From assembly GCA_964484005.1 (NCBI GenBank), contig CAZADR010000002.1, forward strand, positions 10,318 to 74,317: DNA of 64,000 nucleotides, read 5' to 3'. This stretch comes from an uncultured Candidatus Saccharibacteria bacterium. GTDB taxonomy: Bacteria > Patescibacteriota > Minisyncoccia > Phycocordibacterales > UBA9973. Every line of letters starts with the position of its first letter. Positions within the stretch are counted from its first letter, which is position 1. Below are positions 9,012-18,291 of this stretch, piece after piece. The notes beneath the pieces were generated by a model that saw nothing but the letters and a program-made list of their open reading frames with translations, had not been told where the DNA came from and made no database searches. The position numbers and the translations under genes are program-made.

Positions 9012-9899
9012 ATGGAAATTAAAAAAAGAAAATTTTTGAGTAAAATACACAAAGAATTTCCAGACTTAAGGTGGAAGAATGCAGAACATAATGTAGAGGG
9101 GTGGGATCATTATGTAATTATTTTAGATGATAAATATGTTTTTCGTTTTCCTCGAGCAAAAAAATATTTAAAGAAATTAAAAAATGAAATTCTTTTACTT
9201 AAGTATTTAAAAGACAAAGTTGAAGTTTCTATTCCCGAGTATACCTATATTGCAAAAGATAAGAGCTTTGCAGGATATTCTTTGATTCCGGGAATACAGC
9301 TAAAGAGGAAAGTATTTAAAACTATACCAAACAAAACGAGGAATCTTCTCGCCAAACAAATTGCAGATTTTCTTTCTTCTTTACATAAAACATCACATAA
9401 AGTTGCCAAACAGTACGGCGTTAAGAGTATAAAAACACAGAAACAATATAGAGAACTGGTGGTAAATACAAGTAAATATATTTTTCCTAGAATTTCTAAA
9501 AAAGAGCAGCTTCTTATTAATGATTATCTAAAAGAATTTAAGAATTATTTAAAGTTTCCCAAAAAAGTTTTTACCCACAATGATTTTTACTCCAAGCATA
9601 TTCTTTTGGGAAAAAACAAAAAATATATTTCAGGGATTATAGATTTTTCTGACAGAAAGATAGACGACCCCGCCCGAGATTTTAGTGAACTTTGGGATTA
9701 TGGAGAAAAATTCACGCTAGAAGTGTATAAAAATTATAAAGGCCACAAAGACAAAGATTTTTTAAAACGATCAATGCTGTATTATAAAAGAATCCCTCTT
9801 TGGACGATGATTTCTCCATTTCAGGGTGGTCGTGGTAAGTTTAAAAAAGGATATAAAGCATTTAAGCTGTTATTTAATAGTAAAAATAAGCTGGTATAA
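9012..9899 (+). CDS. Aminoglycoside/choline-kinase-type phosphotransferase (APH-like)
   Basis: Catalytic-loop-like HNDFYSKHILL and IIDFSD (DFG-like) motifs; 295 aa. Confidence 0.6.
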   Translation: MEIKKRKFLSKIHKEFPDLRWKNAEHNVEGWDHYVIILDDKYVFRFPRAKKYLKKLKNEILLLKYLKDKVEVSIPEYTYIAKDKSFAGYSLIPGIQLKRKVFKTIPNKTRNLLAKQIADFLSSLHKTSHKVAKQYGVKSIKTQKQYRELVVNTSKYIFPRISKKEQLLINDYLKEFKNYLKFPKKVFTHNDFYSKHILLGKNKKYISGIIDFSDRKIDDPARDFSELWDYGEKFTLEVYKNYKGHKDKDFLKRSMLYYKRIPLWTMISPFQGGRGKFKKGYKAFKLLFNSKNKLV

Positions 9900-9906
9900 T
9901 ACAGTA

Positions 9907-10383
9907 ATGATCATTTTTCTTAATGGCTCAATAAATGCAGGGAAAAGTACAGTTGCTAAAATATTAGCAACAAAACTTTTGAATACTGCTTTGGTAGAAA
10001 TTGATTCTTTAAGGGAAATGATTGACTGGATACCCATAGACCAGGCTGTGCCGATAAACCTGGAAAATGCTATTTCGGTAATAAAGAATTTTATAAAAAG
10101 AAATTTAAATGTAATTGTCCCATATCCTTTATCTCAAGATAATTATGATTATGTTGCAGGAGAACTAAAAGACATTAATACTAAAGTTTTCTTTTTTACC
10201 CTTGCTCCAAAACTCGAAGCGATACTAGGAAATAGGGGAGAAAGAGAGTTGGGCAAAAATGAGAGTGAAAGAATTAAGCATCATTATGATGTTGGTATCC
10301 ACAACCCATCTTTTGGGGAAATTATTGATAATACTAATCAAACCCCAGAAGAAACAGCGAAAGAAATATTAAAAAATCTATGA
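9907..10383 (+). CDS. P-loop kinase (chloramphenicol-phosphotransferase-like / AAA family)
   Basis: Walker A NGSINAGKSTVAKIL. The start is chosen at the in-frame ATG at 9907 (MIIFLNGS) rather than the track start at 9826, which overlaps the upstream gene. Confidence 0.55.
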   Translation: MIIFLNGSINAGKSTVAKILATKLLNTALVEIDSLREMIDWIPIDQAVPINLENAISVIKNFIKRNLNVIVPYPLSQDNYDYVAGELKDINTKVFFFTLAPKLEAILGNRGERELGKNESERIKHHYDVGIHNPSFGEIIDNTNQTPEETAKEILKNL

Positions 10384-11417
10384 AAAATACGATAGAAGCG
10401 AGTAGAAACATATTAATATTAACAGACGATAGAAACCAATTTTATAGCTCTTCAAAAGAATATGGAGGTAGCATGAATACATCTATAATTTTGAAAGAAC
10501 TTGAAAATTTTGGATATAAAGTGACAATTAAGGGTTTTTCAGAAATTTTCTCTAATGATGATAGTTATAAAAATTATTTTGTATTATATCAATCTACCGA
10601 GGACCCAGATCTTAGATATAAAGACTACGTAGAAGATGTAATCTTAGGTCTAAAAATTTCTGGAGCATACTTAATACCATCTTTTGAATATTTTAGAGCA
10701 CATCACAACAAAGTGTTTATGGAAATTTATAGGTTGCGAGCAAATTATGATAAATCTATCATGTCGTGGCATTTTGGAACATTTGAAGAATTAACTAAAA
10801 CTAAATGTAATTTTACATATCCTGTTGTTATTAAACCATCAGCGGGATCAAAAAGTAAAGATATTTCGCTTGCTCAGAATAAAAAGGAGTTGTTGGCTGC
10901 AGCCTTTAAAATTTCCAGAAGTTTTACCCTTGTAAATACACTAAGAGCAGTTAAAGCCTTTTTACATTTTAAAAACTATAACCCTATCTCAAATAATAGA
11001 AAAAAATTTATTGTTCAGGAATTTGTAAGTGGTTTGTCTGGTGATTACAAGGTATTAATATATGGAGATAAATACTATGTCGTAAGGAGAGAGAATCGGC
11101 CAGGTGATTTCAGGGCAAGTGGTAGTGGACTTTTTACCTTTTTAGATGTGGCATTGGATGACTTATTGAATTATGCTGAATCTGTTTTTACAAAATCAGA
11201 TACTCCTTTTTTGGGTATAGACATTGGTATTCGTGATGGTCGTTTTTTTCTTCTAGAATTTCAGTTTATGGTTATGGGAAGCGGTGCACTAGAAAGGTCG
11301 AGTGCTTATTTCAGAAAAATTGATAATAAGTGGCAAGTTATACGTGAAAAGTCTATACTAGAGAAGGTGTTTGCAGAGAGCGTGTATCTTTATATTAATA
11401 ATTTAAATAAAAAATAA
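10380..11417 (+). CDS. ATP-grasp domain protein
   Basis: YPVVIKPSAGSKSKDI and QEFVSGLSGDYKVLIYGDKYYVVRRE are typical ATP-grasp motifs. Confidence 0.6.
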   Translation: MKNTIEASRNILILTDDRNQFYSSSKEYGGSMNTSIILKELENFGYKVTIKGFSEIFSNDDSYKNYFVLYQSTEDPDLRYKDYVEDVILGLKISGAYLIPSFEYFRAHHNKVFMEIYRLRANYDKSIMSWHFGTFEELTKTKCNFTYPVVIKPSAGSKSKDISLAQNKKELLAAAFKISRSFTLVNTLRAVKAFLHFKNYNPISNNRKKFIVQEFVSGLSGDYKVLIYGDKYYVVRRENRPGDFRASGSGLFTFLDVALDDLLNYAESVFTKSDTPFLGIDIGIRDGRFFLLEFQFMVMGSGALERSSAYFRKIDNKWQVIREKSILEKVFAESVYLYINNLNKK

Positions 11418-12077
11418 ATGCCACCACTTGAAGATATATTTATAATAAGACATGGAGAATCTGACGAGGATGTTAATCCTGAAATGAAGGGGATGATTCA
11501 TAATTCCGAAATGGCTCTAACCCCAAAAGGTATTGAGCAAGCCCATGAAGTGGCTGAAAAATTAAAGGGTGAAATTGTGAATTTTGATGAAGTTACCTTT
11601 TATGTTTCTCCATACAAAAGAGCACAACAGACAGCTAAAATAATTTTAGATACATTAAAAAATGATAAGATAAAAATGATAACTGAGCCTTCAATAAGAA
11701 GCTTAAATTGGGGCGATACAACAACGGAAAATTTAAAGGAAAGAGAACAAGAGAGGTATAAAGTTGGTGTTTTGCATTATAATTTTCCAAATGGAGATAG
11801 GTCACCAGAATATGTTGAAAATATTTATGATTTTGTTTATAGAATAATTAAAGAAAAGCACATAGATAATGATAAAAAAGAGTGTGTTGTTATTGTTGGG
11901 CATGGATTTTCATTAAGAATAATTGTAAAAGCTTTTACTGAAATGAGTGATGATGATTTTAAGTGGATAAAAAATCCACCCAATACACATGTGGCTAGGA
12001 TATACTTTGATCCACAAAAAAATAATTTCTACATGAGAGAGCCTTTACCAGTTCGTGACCCAAGTCAGGTTGAATAA
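11418..12077 (+). CDS. Histidine phosphatase superfamily (phosphoglycerate-mutase-like) protein
   Basis: IFIIRHGESDED (RHGE signature), SPYKRAQQTA and VGHGFSL motifs. Confidence 0.75.
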   Translation: MPPLEDIFIIRHGESDEDVNPEMKGMIHNSEMALTPKGIEQAHEVAEKLKGEIVNFDEVTFYVSPYKRAQQTAKIILDTLKNDKIKMITEPSIRSLNWGDTTTENLKEREQERYKVGVLHYNFPNGDRSPEYVENIYDFVYRIIKEKHIDNDKKECVVIVGHGFSLRIIVKAFTEMSDDDFKWIKNPPNTHVARIYFDPQKNNFYMREPLPVRDPSQVE

Positions 12078-12084
12078 TAGATTT

Positions 12085-12636
12085 ATGATCAAATACTTAA
12101 AGATTATAAAAAATTTTAATATTTTTCCAAATAGTAAAATTAAAAAACCTAAAAAATATATTGAAAGACAGACGGTTAGAGCAATAGCTCTTAATAAAAA
12201 AGGAGAGATAGCTTTAGTTACAAATCCTATTCATAACTTATATTCATTTCCGGGTGGTGGAGCAGAGAGCGACAACCTAGAAAATGAAATTATAAGAGAA
12301 TGCGCTGAAGAGATAAGTCAAGAAGTAGTTGTTGTTAAGAAAATTGGAAAAATTAAGGAATACCGAGATAGAGAGTCAAAAAAATACATCACAACTTGTT
12401 TTGAGGTGAAAGCAATTAAAAAAATTAAAAAAGATTTTAGAACAGAAAGCGAGATTAAAAATGGACTTAATGTTGTTTGGTTTAATGTTGATGAAGCAAA
12501 AAAAATATTTGAAAAACAAGTAAAAAAAATTGAAGAAGGAAAAATTAATTTTTATAATACAGCTTTTAATATTGTAAGAGATCTAGAGTTTTTGAATGAG
12601 TATTTAAATATTAATGAAAATAATACACAAAAATAA
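12085..12636 (+). CDS. NUDIX hydrolase
   Basis: Nudix box GGGAESDNLENEIIRECAEEISQE. The start is set at the ATG at 12085, just after the upstream stop. Confidence 0.7.
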   Translation: MIKYLKIIKNFNIFPNSKIKKPKKYIERQTVRAIALNKKGEIALVTNPIHNLYSFPGGGAESDNLENEIIRECAEEISQEVVVVKKIGKIKEYRDRESKKYITTCFEVKAIKKIKKDFRTESEIKNGLNVVWFNVDEAKKIFEKQVKKIEEGKINFYNTAFNIVRDLEFLNEYLNINENNTQK

Positions 12637-12646
12637 GGTAAAACTC

Positions 12647-13063
12647 ATGAAAAAATTCTACTCGGTTATTGTTAATAGTCTCATTGTAAATAATGAAGGT
12701 AAAGTATTGATTGCACAAAGAAGCCCTGAAGAAGGGCACGAGGGAGGAAGATGGAGTATTCCTGGTGGAAAAGTAGAGTCAAACGGTCAAGAGCATGATG
12801 TTTTATTAAAAAATATTAAAAAAGAGATTTTAGAAGAAGTGGGAGTTGAAATATTTGATGACATTTCCCTAGTCCACGATAATACATTTACCAGAAGCAA
12901 TGGGGATGATGTTTTGGCTTTAGTTTTTAAATGTAAATATAAATCCGGAGAAGCGAAATCATTAGAAGATACGACAGATGTAAAATGGATAGGAAAAGAG
13001 GAAATTGATAGCTATCAATTTCCTCCTAATGTGAGAGAGTATGTATTAAAGGGGTTTAGTTAA
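12647..13063 (+). CDS. NUDIX hydrolase
   Basis: Nudix box GGKVESNGQEHDVLLKNIKKEILEEVGV. An alternative start is 12614. Confidence 0.7.
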   Translation: MKKFYSVIVNSLIVNNEGKVLIAQRSPEEGHEGGRWSIPGGKVESNGQEHDVLLKNIKKEILEEVGVEIFDDISLVHDNTFTRSNGDDVLALVFKCKYKSGEAKSLEDTTDVKWIGKEEIDSYQFPPNVREYVLKGFS

Positions 13064-13635
13064 TTTTTCTGATTCTCAAAAATTTTGTTGATACTCTCTG
13101 GTCCGGTATAAAGTACGGTTCTTAAATTTGGATATTTTTCAAAATTTAAATCTGCAAATCTTTTTTCTTTGTCATCCACAAAAATAACTTCATCGTCCTT
13201 AAATTGTTCACAGATATTCTCTACTGGACCCTTTTTTGTATCTAAAACAGTAAAAATTTGAGTAAAAAGTGGCCCAAGTCCGGTTCTTTCTACTTTTCCA
13301 AGCTGGTATTCTTTTACGCCGTGGGTAACCATATAGCAATCTTTTACCTCTAATTTTTTGATTTGATCAATCAGTTCGTTATTAACAAAATTTTTACATT
13401 CTCCCATTATTTTCTCGGAAAGTTCTTCTTTGCTTATGGAAGTTATATTTTCACCTTTTAAGACCGAGGCGACTAGACCAGGGAGGGTCCAACCTTTTTC
13501 TGTCTCAATTTTATAGTATTTTTTTACCGTATCATAATCTACCCCAACTTCCTCGAAACACGCATACATGTGTTTTTTAAATTTCTCTGTATTAAAAAAT
13601 AAAACATCGTCAAAATCAAAAATATATTTTGTCAT
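13060..13635 (-). CDS. HAD-superfamily hydrolase
   Basis: N-terminal DxD motif FDFDDVLF; 191 aa. Confidence 0.55.
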   Translation of the reverse strand: MTKYIFDFDDVLFFNTEKFKKHMYACFEEVGVDYDTVKKYYKIETEKGWTLPGLVASVLKGENITSISKEELSEKIMGECKNFVNNELIDQIKKLEVKDCYMVTHGVKEYQLGKVERTGLGPLFTQIFTVLDTKKGPVENICEQFKDDEVIFVDDKEKRFADLNFEKYPNLRTVLYTGPESINKIFENQKN

Positions 13636-13639
13636 ATAG

Positions 13640-14437
13640 TTATCTTTTTAATTTTTCTAAAATTAGGTCGGAATTCGAATTTTCCTTAATTTCTGTATCC
13701 ACCAGAAGAGCTGGTTTTCTCTCTCTGTCCTCGATAGGCCGTTCTCTTCCTTCATTAAAAGCTGTCAGTATTTTTTCTTTTTCATGCGGTTCAAAAGTGT
13801 TACCAGTAAATCCTTTTGAATTTCTTAAGTAAACAAAAAATTTATTGAATAATTCCACTTCGTTCAATAGCGTTTTAAGTGTTGTTTCTATGTTTCTATA
13901 TGCTTCATCATGGCTACTTTTTTTAGTATATCGAGCAGAAATACCCAACTTCTTTAATTCTTCATATCTATATTCTAAGCTTAGAAGAGAAAGTTCGTAG
14001 GGAGTAGAAAGCACAACAAGATTAATATTATAATCTTGCCCTTTTAGCATTTTTGCAGTTGAGAGAGGAGCTTCTTTTGTTCTCATTGTTCCTTCTACTA
14101 TCATATTTAAGCCACGAATAGCACACTCTTGAATTAAAGATTCAATCCAAAAATTACAAGCTGGTTGGGTCATGTCAGCAGCTTCTTGGTTGTTTTCTAT
14201 TAAATATGAATAATATTTTGGATGGTATGATCTTAGGTCATCTCCGTTTATAAAAACTGCGTTTGTGTTTAATTTCAATAATTCTCTAACTAGAGTACTC
14301 TTTCCACTGCCTGGTTGACCACCCAAAATAAAAGCATCTTTTACTATTTGGGGTGAGATGTTTCCAATTATTTGAGGGATTATTTTTTCTCTCAGAATAA
14401 TATTTATTTCTTCTTCTGATAGGTCAAATTTATTCAT
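13640..14437 (-). CDS. Zeta-toxin-family P-loop kinase
   Basis: Walker A LGGQPGSGKSTL, characteristic of zeta/PezT UDP-GlcNAc kinases; 265 aa. Confidence 0.6.
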   Translation of the reverse strand: MNKFDLSEEEINIILREKIIPQIIGNISPQIVKDAFILGGQPGSGKSTLVRELLKLNTNAVFINGDDLRSYHPKYYSYLIENNQEAADMTQPACNFWIESLIQECAIRGLNMIVEGTMRTKEAPLSTAKMLKGQDYNINLVVLSTPYELSLLSLEYRYEELKKLGISARYTKKSSHDEAYRNIETTLKTLLNEVELFNKFFVYLRNSKGFTGNTFEPHEKEKILTAFNEGRERPIEDRERKPALLVDTEIKENSNSDLILEKLKR

Positions 14438-14438
14438 A

Positions 14439-14630
14439 TTAACTTAAATTATCATTTATTTCTTTCAATGTTTTTATATTATCGACATAATCAAAATTGC
14501 CGTAATAAATTCGGTGACGCATCAAAGAAAGTTTTTCAATTAATTCTAAATTTTTAAAATATACAGCTTTAGCAAAAACTGTGTTTAGCATATTTAGTAA
14601 AACTTCTGTTTGTAAAGTATTGTCTGTCAT
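14439..14630 (-). CDS. Small hypothetical protein immediately upstream of zeta-like kinase (candidate antitoxin)
   Basis: 63-aa ORF ending 1 nt before the kinase start on the same strand. Confidence 0.35.
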   Translation of the reverse strand: MTDNTLQTEVLLNMLNTVFAKAVYFKNLELIEKLSLMRHRIYYGNFDYVDNIKTLKEINDNLS

Positions 14631-14637
14631 AATTTAT

Positions 14638-15825
14638 TTAACTTATCTTCTCTATCTTTTCCCAAGGCAAATTGTCTTTACCAAAGTGGCCGTAGGCGGA
14701 AGTTTGGGAGAAGATTGGTGCGCGGAGATTTAGTTTTTCGATAATTGCGAGAGGTTTGAAATCAAAATTCTTGCGAACTATTTCCGCCAAGTTTTCTCCT
14801 TTTTCATTTATGGCTTCTATCATTAGTGGCTCTGCCATACCGATAGCGTAAGCGACTGCTACAAGTACTTCTTTGCCGTAGCCGGAAGCGACTAAATTTT
14901 TAGCGACGAATCGCGCCATGTAGGCGCCAGAGCGGTCTACTTTGGTGGCGTCTTTACCAGAGAAACATCCGCCTCCATGTGGAATGAGTCCGCCATAAGT
15001 ATCTACCATTAATTTTCTACCAGTGAGGCCTGTGTCTGCCTCAAAGCCACCTTGGATAAATTGGCCAGTAGGGTTTACTAAAATTTTTACAGTTTTCTTT
15101 TCCTCCTCAGAGAGTAGGGGATAGATTATTTTTTCCGTGATTTCTTTTTTAATTTCTTCGTGGGCTACCTCCGCAGAATGCTGAGTGCTAACTAAAACAG
15201 TATTTAATTTCCCATCAGTATAAGTGACTTGAGTTTTGCCGTCTGGTCGAAGCCAGGGGATTGTCGGCAAAATATTTCCGTCAGGGAGAATATCCTCGCT
15301 CTCACCACGATAATTTTCTGCTGAAAATTCTCTCTGTCCGTCGTCGACACTCCTACCAAGGGTTCGCTCGAGGACATTCTCCCTTTTAGAATTTACTCGC
15401 ACTTCTTCAAGTCTCTTTGCGAGTTTGTGGGCGAGGACGATGCCTTTTGGTAAAAATTCTGGAGTCTCGTCTGTGGCAAAGCCGTACATTATTCCTTGGT
15501 CTCCGGCTCCGCCGGTGTCCACTCCCATGGCGATGTCGGGGGATTGGTTTACTATGTGTGAGACAATTTCCAATTCATCCGTGTAGCCTATATTTTTATA
15601 AATTTCACGAGCTATTTTCTCGTGGTCTACTTTACCCGTAGAAGTGACTTCACCTCCTATTACTAGCTTGCCGTGCCCGCCGAAAGTCTCTACGGCTACT
15701 CGGCTCTTTGAATCTATTTTTAAATAAGCATCTAGGATGGCGTCTGAAATCTGATCACAAATTTTGTCTGGATGGCCAGAGGTAACGCTTTCAACAGTGT
15801 AATTGTTGTTGTGTTTGTAAAACAT
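14638..15825 (-). CDS. metK: S-adenosylmethionine synthetase
   Basis: GHPDKICDQISDAILDA, GGGCFSGKDATKVDRSGAY and other MetK motifs; 395 aa. Confidence 0.9.
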   Translation of the reverse strand: MFYKHNNNYTVESVTSGHPDKICDQISDAILDAYLKIDSKSRVAVETFGGHGKLVIGGEVTSTGKVDHEKIAREIYKNIGYTDELEIVSHIVNQSPDIAMGVDTGGAGDQGIMYGFATDETPEFLPKGIVLAHKLAKRLEEVRVNSKRENVLERTLGRSVDDGQREFSAENYRGESEDILPDGNILPTIPWLRPDGKTQVTYTDGKLNTVLVSTQHSAEVAHEEIKKEITEKIIYPLLSEEEKKTVKILVNPTGQFIQGGFEADTGLTGRKLMVDTYGGLIPHGGGCFSGKDATKVDRSGAYMARFVAKNLVASGYGKEVLVAVAYAIGMAEPLMIEAINEKGENLAEIVRKNFDFKPLAIIEKLNLRAPIFSQTSAYGHFGKDNLPWEKIEKIS

Positions 15826-15858
15826 AGATTATCTTAATTTTGATTATACTACAAAAAT

Positions 15859-16380
15859 TTAATTATTTTCAACCAGTTTTTTTACTTTTACCAACCTCTC
15901 TTCGGGTGAACCGACAACTTCAATAAATGGAATCTCGTGCTTTTTAAAAATATCTCTGACTTTCTTGTCTATAGCTTGTTGGAATTCTTTATCAGTTGTC
16001 CTCACTCCATCATCTTCGATTTCAAATTGACCACTAGGTAAATACAAAACCAAATCATAATTGTTGAATCTTGGTACTAGTGTTTCTGTGGCGAATTCAA
16101 TCAAAGAAGATTCTTCGGAAAATAAGTGGTGTATATAAGCAAGGAGGTCTATAGAGGAGCGATCCGCTACCCATTTGCCTTCCGTGTTTTCGAGCTCAAT
16201 TTGTTTTTCAATTAGCCAAAGCTCTGTCTCTGTCGTAGCAGTCTCATCAAGAGCATACCCCGCTTCTTTTGCGAGGCGTGCTGCTTCGGGCAGGATTTCA
16301 AAGTCTGGGTATTCTTTATTTATTTGTTCGGCCAAGGTGGTCTTGCCTACTCCTTGAGCTCCGGTGATTACGATTTTCAT
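15859..16380 (-). CDS. P-loop NTPase (AAA-family kinase-like)
   Basis: Walker A GAQGVGKTTLAEQ; 173 aa. Confidence 0.5.
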   Translation of the reverse strand: MKIVITGAQGVGKTTLAEQINKEYPDFEILPEAARLAKEAGYALDETATTETELWLIEKQIELENTEGKWVADRSSIDLLAYIHHLFSEESSLIEFATETLVPRFNNYDLVLYLPSGQFEIEDDGVRTTDKEFQQAIDKKVRDIFKKHEIPFIEVVGSPEERLVKVKKLVENN

Positions 16381-16404
16381 AAAAGTTTCATAATTATTTT
16401 GTAA

Positions 16405-17664
16405 CTATTTAGTTCCATCTCGCCAACCAGCCATATATTTTTTTTGAGTTTCTGTGAGTTTATCTATGGTTGTGCCTAGGCTGTGTAACTTTAGGGTGGC
16501 TATCTTTCTATCTAAAATTTCTGGCAAGACATGTACGGCGTTTGAGAGCTTCCCTTTATTTTTTAAAATATATTCTGCTGCTAAAGCTTGATTGGCAAAG
16601 CTCATGTCCATCACCGAGGCAGGGTGCCCCTCTGCACTACCGAGATTTACGAGTCTGCCACCAGCGAGCACAAAGATAGTTTTTCCATTCTTCATGGTAT
16701 AGGCCTCTACAAAGTCTCGCAAAGTTTTTTTGTTTTTCGTCATTTTTTGAAGTGAAACTAAATCAATCTCTACATCAAAGTGTCCAGAGTTTGAAATAAC
16801 ACAACCATCTTTTATATTGTGAAACGTTTCACTTCCGACGACACTTGTGTTTCCTGTGACGGTACAGATAAAGTCTGCAATTTTTGCCGCATCCGTCATC
16901 GGCATCACCCTGAAGCCATCTAGGAGCGCCTCGATGGCTTTGATTGAATCTATTTCTGTGACTATAACATTTGCCCCCATGCCTCGGGCCCGCATCGCTA
17001 GGCCTTTACCACACCACCCATAACCAGCGACTACAAAGACAGAGCCCGCAATTAATTTATTGGTAGCACGAATTATTCCGTCCAAAGTAGATTGTCCTGT
17101 GCCGTAGCGGTTGTCGAAAAAGTGCTTTGTCATAGAATCATTTACTGCGACGACGGGGAAGAGAAGTGTGCCTTCTTTTTCCATAGATTTTAATCTAGAG
17201 ACTCCGGTGGTGGTCTCTTCTGTGCCACCGATTATTTTTTGTATTTGATTTTGTTTCTTAGTGTGAAGTTCCCCCACAAGGTCTGCGCCATCATCCATGG
17301 TCATGCTTGGATTCATATCCAACACATTGTGCAAGTGCTCAAAATATTCTTTTTTACTTTCTCCCTTTTTTGCGAAGACTGGAATACCAAAATTTTTCAC
17401 CAAGGCTGCCGCCACATCATCTTGAGTGGAGAGAGGGTTTGAGGCACAGAGACCGACAGTGGCCCCGCCCTCTTTGAGGGCGATCATAAGGTTTGCCGTC
17501 TCGGCAGTAACATGTAAGCAGGCTCCGATGGTGACCCCCTTGAAAGGCTTTGATTTTTTAAAGTCGGCCGAGATGCCGGAGAGGACAGGCATATCTCGTT
17601 TGGCCCACTCTATCTTAATCAGGCCCTTTGGAGCTAGATTTATATCTTTTATGTTATGTTTCAT
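16405..17664 (-). CDS. ahcY: Adenosylhomocysteinase
   Basis: NAD-binding GYGWCGKGLAMRARGMGANVIVTEIDSIKA and overall SAH hydrolase architecture; 419 aa. Confidence 0.9.
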   Translation of the reverse strand: MKHNIKDINLAPKGLIKIEWAKRDMPVLSGISADFKKSKPFKGVTIGACLHVTAETANLMIALKEGGATVGLCASNPLSTQDDVAAALVKNFGIPVFAKKGESKKEYFEHLHNVLDMNPSMTMDDGADLVGELHTKKQNQIQKIIGGTEETTTGVSRLKSMEKEGTLLFPVVAVNDSMTKHFFDNRYGTGQSTLDGIIRATNKLIAGSVFVVAGYGWCGKGLAMRARGMGANVIVTEIDSIKAIEALLDGFRVMPMTDAAKIADFICTVTGNTSVVGSETFHNIKDGCVISNSGHFDVEIDLVSLQKMTKNKKTLRDFVEAYTMKNGKTIFVLAGGRLVNLGSAEGHPASVMDMSFANQALAAEYILKNKGKLSNAVHVLPEILDRKIATLKLHSLGTTIDKLTETQKKYMAGWRDGTK

Positions 17665-17928
17665 GTTTCTATCTTAACATAAAAATCTAGATACTTGCCT
17701 CTAAAAATTAACATGGTATTATAATTCAAAATCAATGAGTGAAACGAATATGATTTTCTTTACCCTGTGAAATATTTTGAGTACAAAAAGAACATTTGTA
17801 TAAAATAGGTAAAAGAAGACCATTGAGCTATAATAATGGGTATATAAATTAAATTATTAGATTAAAAGACAAATGTTATTTCACGGGGTGGCGATTTATA
17901 TAGTCGCTTCGCTCCCTATAAATCAACC

Positions 17929-18285
17929 ATGTTAGACAAGAAAAAAATTAAAGAAAAATTAGAAAAAGAAAGAGACGATTTACTAGAACAAATGAAAGGC
18001 ATGGGCAAGCTTAATGCCGAGACAGGTGAATGGGAAACAATTCCAGAAGAAATTGATTTTCCAGAGTCAGATGAAAATGACAAAGCCGACAGGTTTGAAG
18101 ACTTTGAAGCTAGGAGCTCTATGATGCGAACCTTGGAGCCAAGATTAAAAAATATTTTGAAAGCACTCAAAGGACTCAGTCGAGATTCTTTTGGTAAATG
18201 TGAAGTTTGCAAAAAAGATATTGAGATGACCCGTCTAGAGGCAAACCCTGCAGCTCGAACCTGTAAGAAGCACTTAGAAGAATAA
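17929..18285 (+). CDS. DksA/TraR-family zinc-finger-like protein
   Basis: Coiled-coil N-terminus and C-terminal CEVC...TCKKH zinc-finger-like motif. Confidence 0.45.
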   Translation: MLDKKKIKEKLEKERDDLLEQMKGMGKLNAETGEWETIPEEIDFPESDENDKADRFEDFEARSSMMRTLEPRLKNILKALKGLSRDSFGKCEVCKKDIEMTRLEANPAARTCKKHLEE

Positions 18286-18291
18286 CCTAAG

